A stretch of 64,000 nucleotides of DNA from Alphaproteobacteria bacterium (GTDB taxonomy: Bacteria > Pseudomonadota > Alphaproteobacteria > MPNO01 > UBA830): NCBI GenBank assembly GCA_964291215.2, contig OZ219791.1:3392001-3456000 (forward strand), written 5' to 3'. A program made the position numbers and the translations under genes. The notes beneath the pieces are model-generated. The model saw only the letters and a list, made by a program, of their open reading frames with translations. It did not search any database and was not told where the DNA came from. Below, piece after piece: positions 63,155 through 64,000 of the stretch; the first letter of the stretch is position 1; each line of letters opens with the position of its first letter.

Positions 63155-64000
63155 TGGGAAGTGACTGGCGGCTTGGTGCCGATATCGGCGGAACCTTCAC
63201 CGACCTTGTATTGGCGGCGCCGGACGGGACGCTCCACACCCACAAGCGCCTTTCCACCCCCGGAGACTACGGCATCGGCGTTCGCGACGGTATTGGCGTA
63301 TTGCTGGAAGAGCTCTCGGTAGAGCCCGGGGTGATCGAGCAGATCGTTCACGGAACGACCGTTGCGACAAACACGGTTCTGGAAGGCAAGGGGGCGCGAA
63401 CCGCCCTGGTCACGACCCGCGGGTTCCGGGACGTCCTGGAAATGCGGCGACTGCGCATTCCCGAGATGTACACCCTGAACTACGAGCGCTCCAAACCGCT
63501 GGTGCCACGGCGGCTTCGCCTTGAGATCGACGAGCGGATGGGGCCGGAGGGAGAGGCTTGGCGGCCGCTCGACGAGGCGAGCGTCGCGGAAGCGGCGGAA
63601 CGGCTTGCCGGCGAGGAGATTGAAGCCGTCGCAGTCTGCCTGCTTCACGCTTACGCCAATCCCGATCATGAGCAGCGCGCCGCCGAAATCCTCGCGCGGC
63701 GGTTGGGCGCCGACGTGTTCATGACCTGCTCGAGCGATCTTCTTCCGGTGATCCGGGAATACGAGCGGACCAGCACGACGGTCATCAACGCCTATCTGGG
63801 GCCGGTGGTGCGCGGTTATCTGGGCAGGCTCTCCCGGCATCTGGAGGAGATCGGCGTCACCGCCCCGATCCTCGTGATGAAGTCGGACGGCGGGATCATC
63901 GGCGCCGCCGCCGCCGCCCAACGGCCGGCCTATATCGTGGAATCGGGACCCGCAGCCGGCGTCATAGGGGCGGCGCACACGGGCCGGCGCGACGGCATCG
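63151..64000 (+). CDS. Hydantoinase/oxoprolinase A subunit (truncated by the window edge)
   Basis: ADIGGTFTD, HGTTVATNT, TTRGFRD, REYERTSTT, ESGPAAG. Confidence 0.88.
   Translation, partial: MMGSDWRLGADIGGTFTDLVLAAPDGTLHTHKRLSTPGDYGIGVRDGIGVLLEELSVEPGVIEQIVHGTTVATNTVLEGKGARTALVTTRGFRDVLEMRRLRIPEMYTLNYERSKPLVPRRLRLEIDERMGPEGEAWRPLDEASVAEAAERLAGEEIEAVAVCLLHAYANPDHEQRAAEILARRLGADVFMTCSSDLLPVIREYERTSTTVINAYLGPVVRGYLGRLSRHLEEIGVTAPILVMKSDGGIIGAAAAAQRPAYIVESGPAAGVIGAAHTGRRDGI

Noticed and set aside
1-64000. CRISPR array, tRNA or rRNA genes
   Set aside because: No regularly spaced repeat-spacer pattern or recognisable structural RNA gene seen by eye

Overview
GC-rich (about 64% by eye) bacterial chromosome segment; an alphaproteobacterial origin is inferred from gene content. 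Intact catabolic genes alternate with dense patches of decayed mobile DNA. The core (about 18.6-50.7 kb) encodes a proteobacterial-type nicotinate degradation route: nicotinate dehydrogenase-like Mo enzyme, 6-hydroxynicotinate reductase, enamidase, a UPF0280 protein, two DUF1185 proteins, glutaryl-CoA dehydrogenase plus a CoA transferase, KorAB and a ferredoxin-NADP reductase. It also holds TRAP, Rieske, UbiD and SDR genes. Mobile DNA includes IS66 (two types, with 8-bp target duplications), IS630, IS30, IS256, IS4 and ISNCY-like remnants, a group II intron nested in IS66 nested in IS630, and a ~190-bp MITE-like repeat in four copies. The most notable locus (51.6-56.5 kb) lies between two IS30 right ends. 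It is a decayed E2-only (type II short) CBASS operon (CD-NTase, E2, patatin), transcribed divergently from an uncharacterised three-gene TIGR04255 / XRE-HTH / possible MazF-like module that occupies the position where CBASS regulators normally sit. All family assignments come from motif recognition, not database searches.
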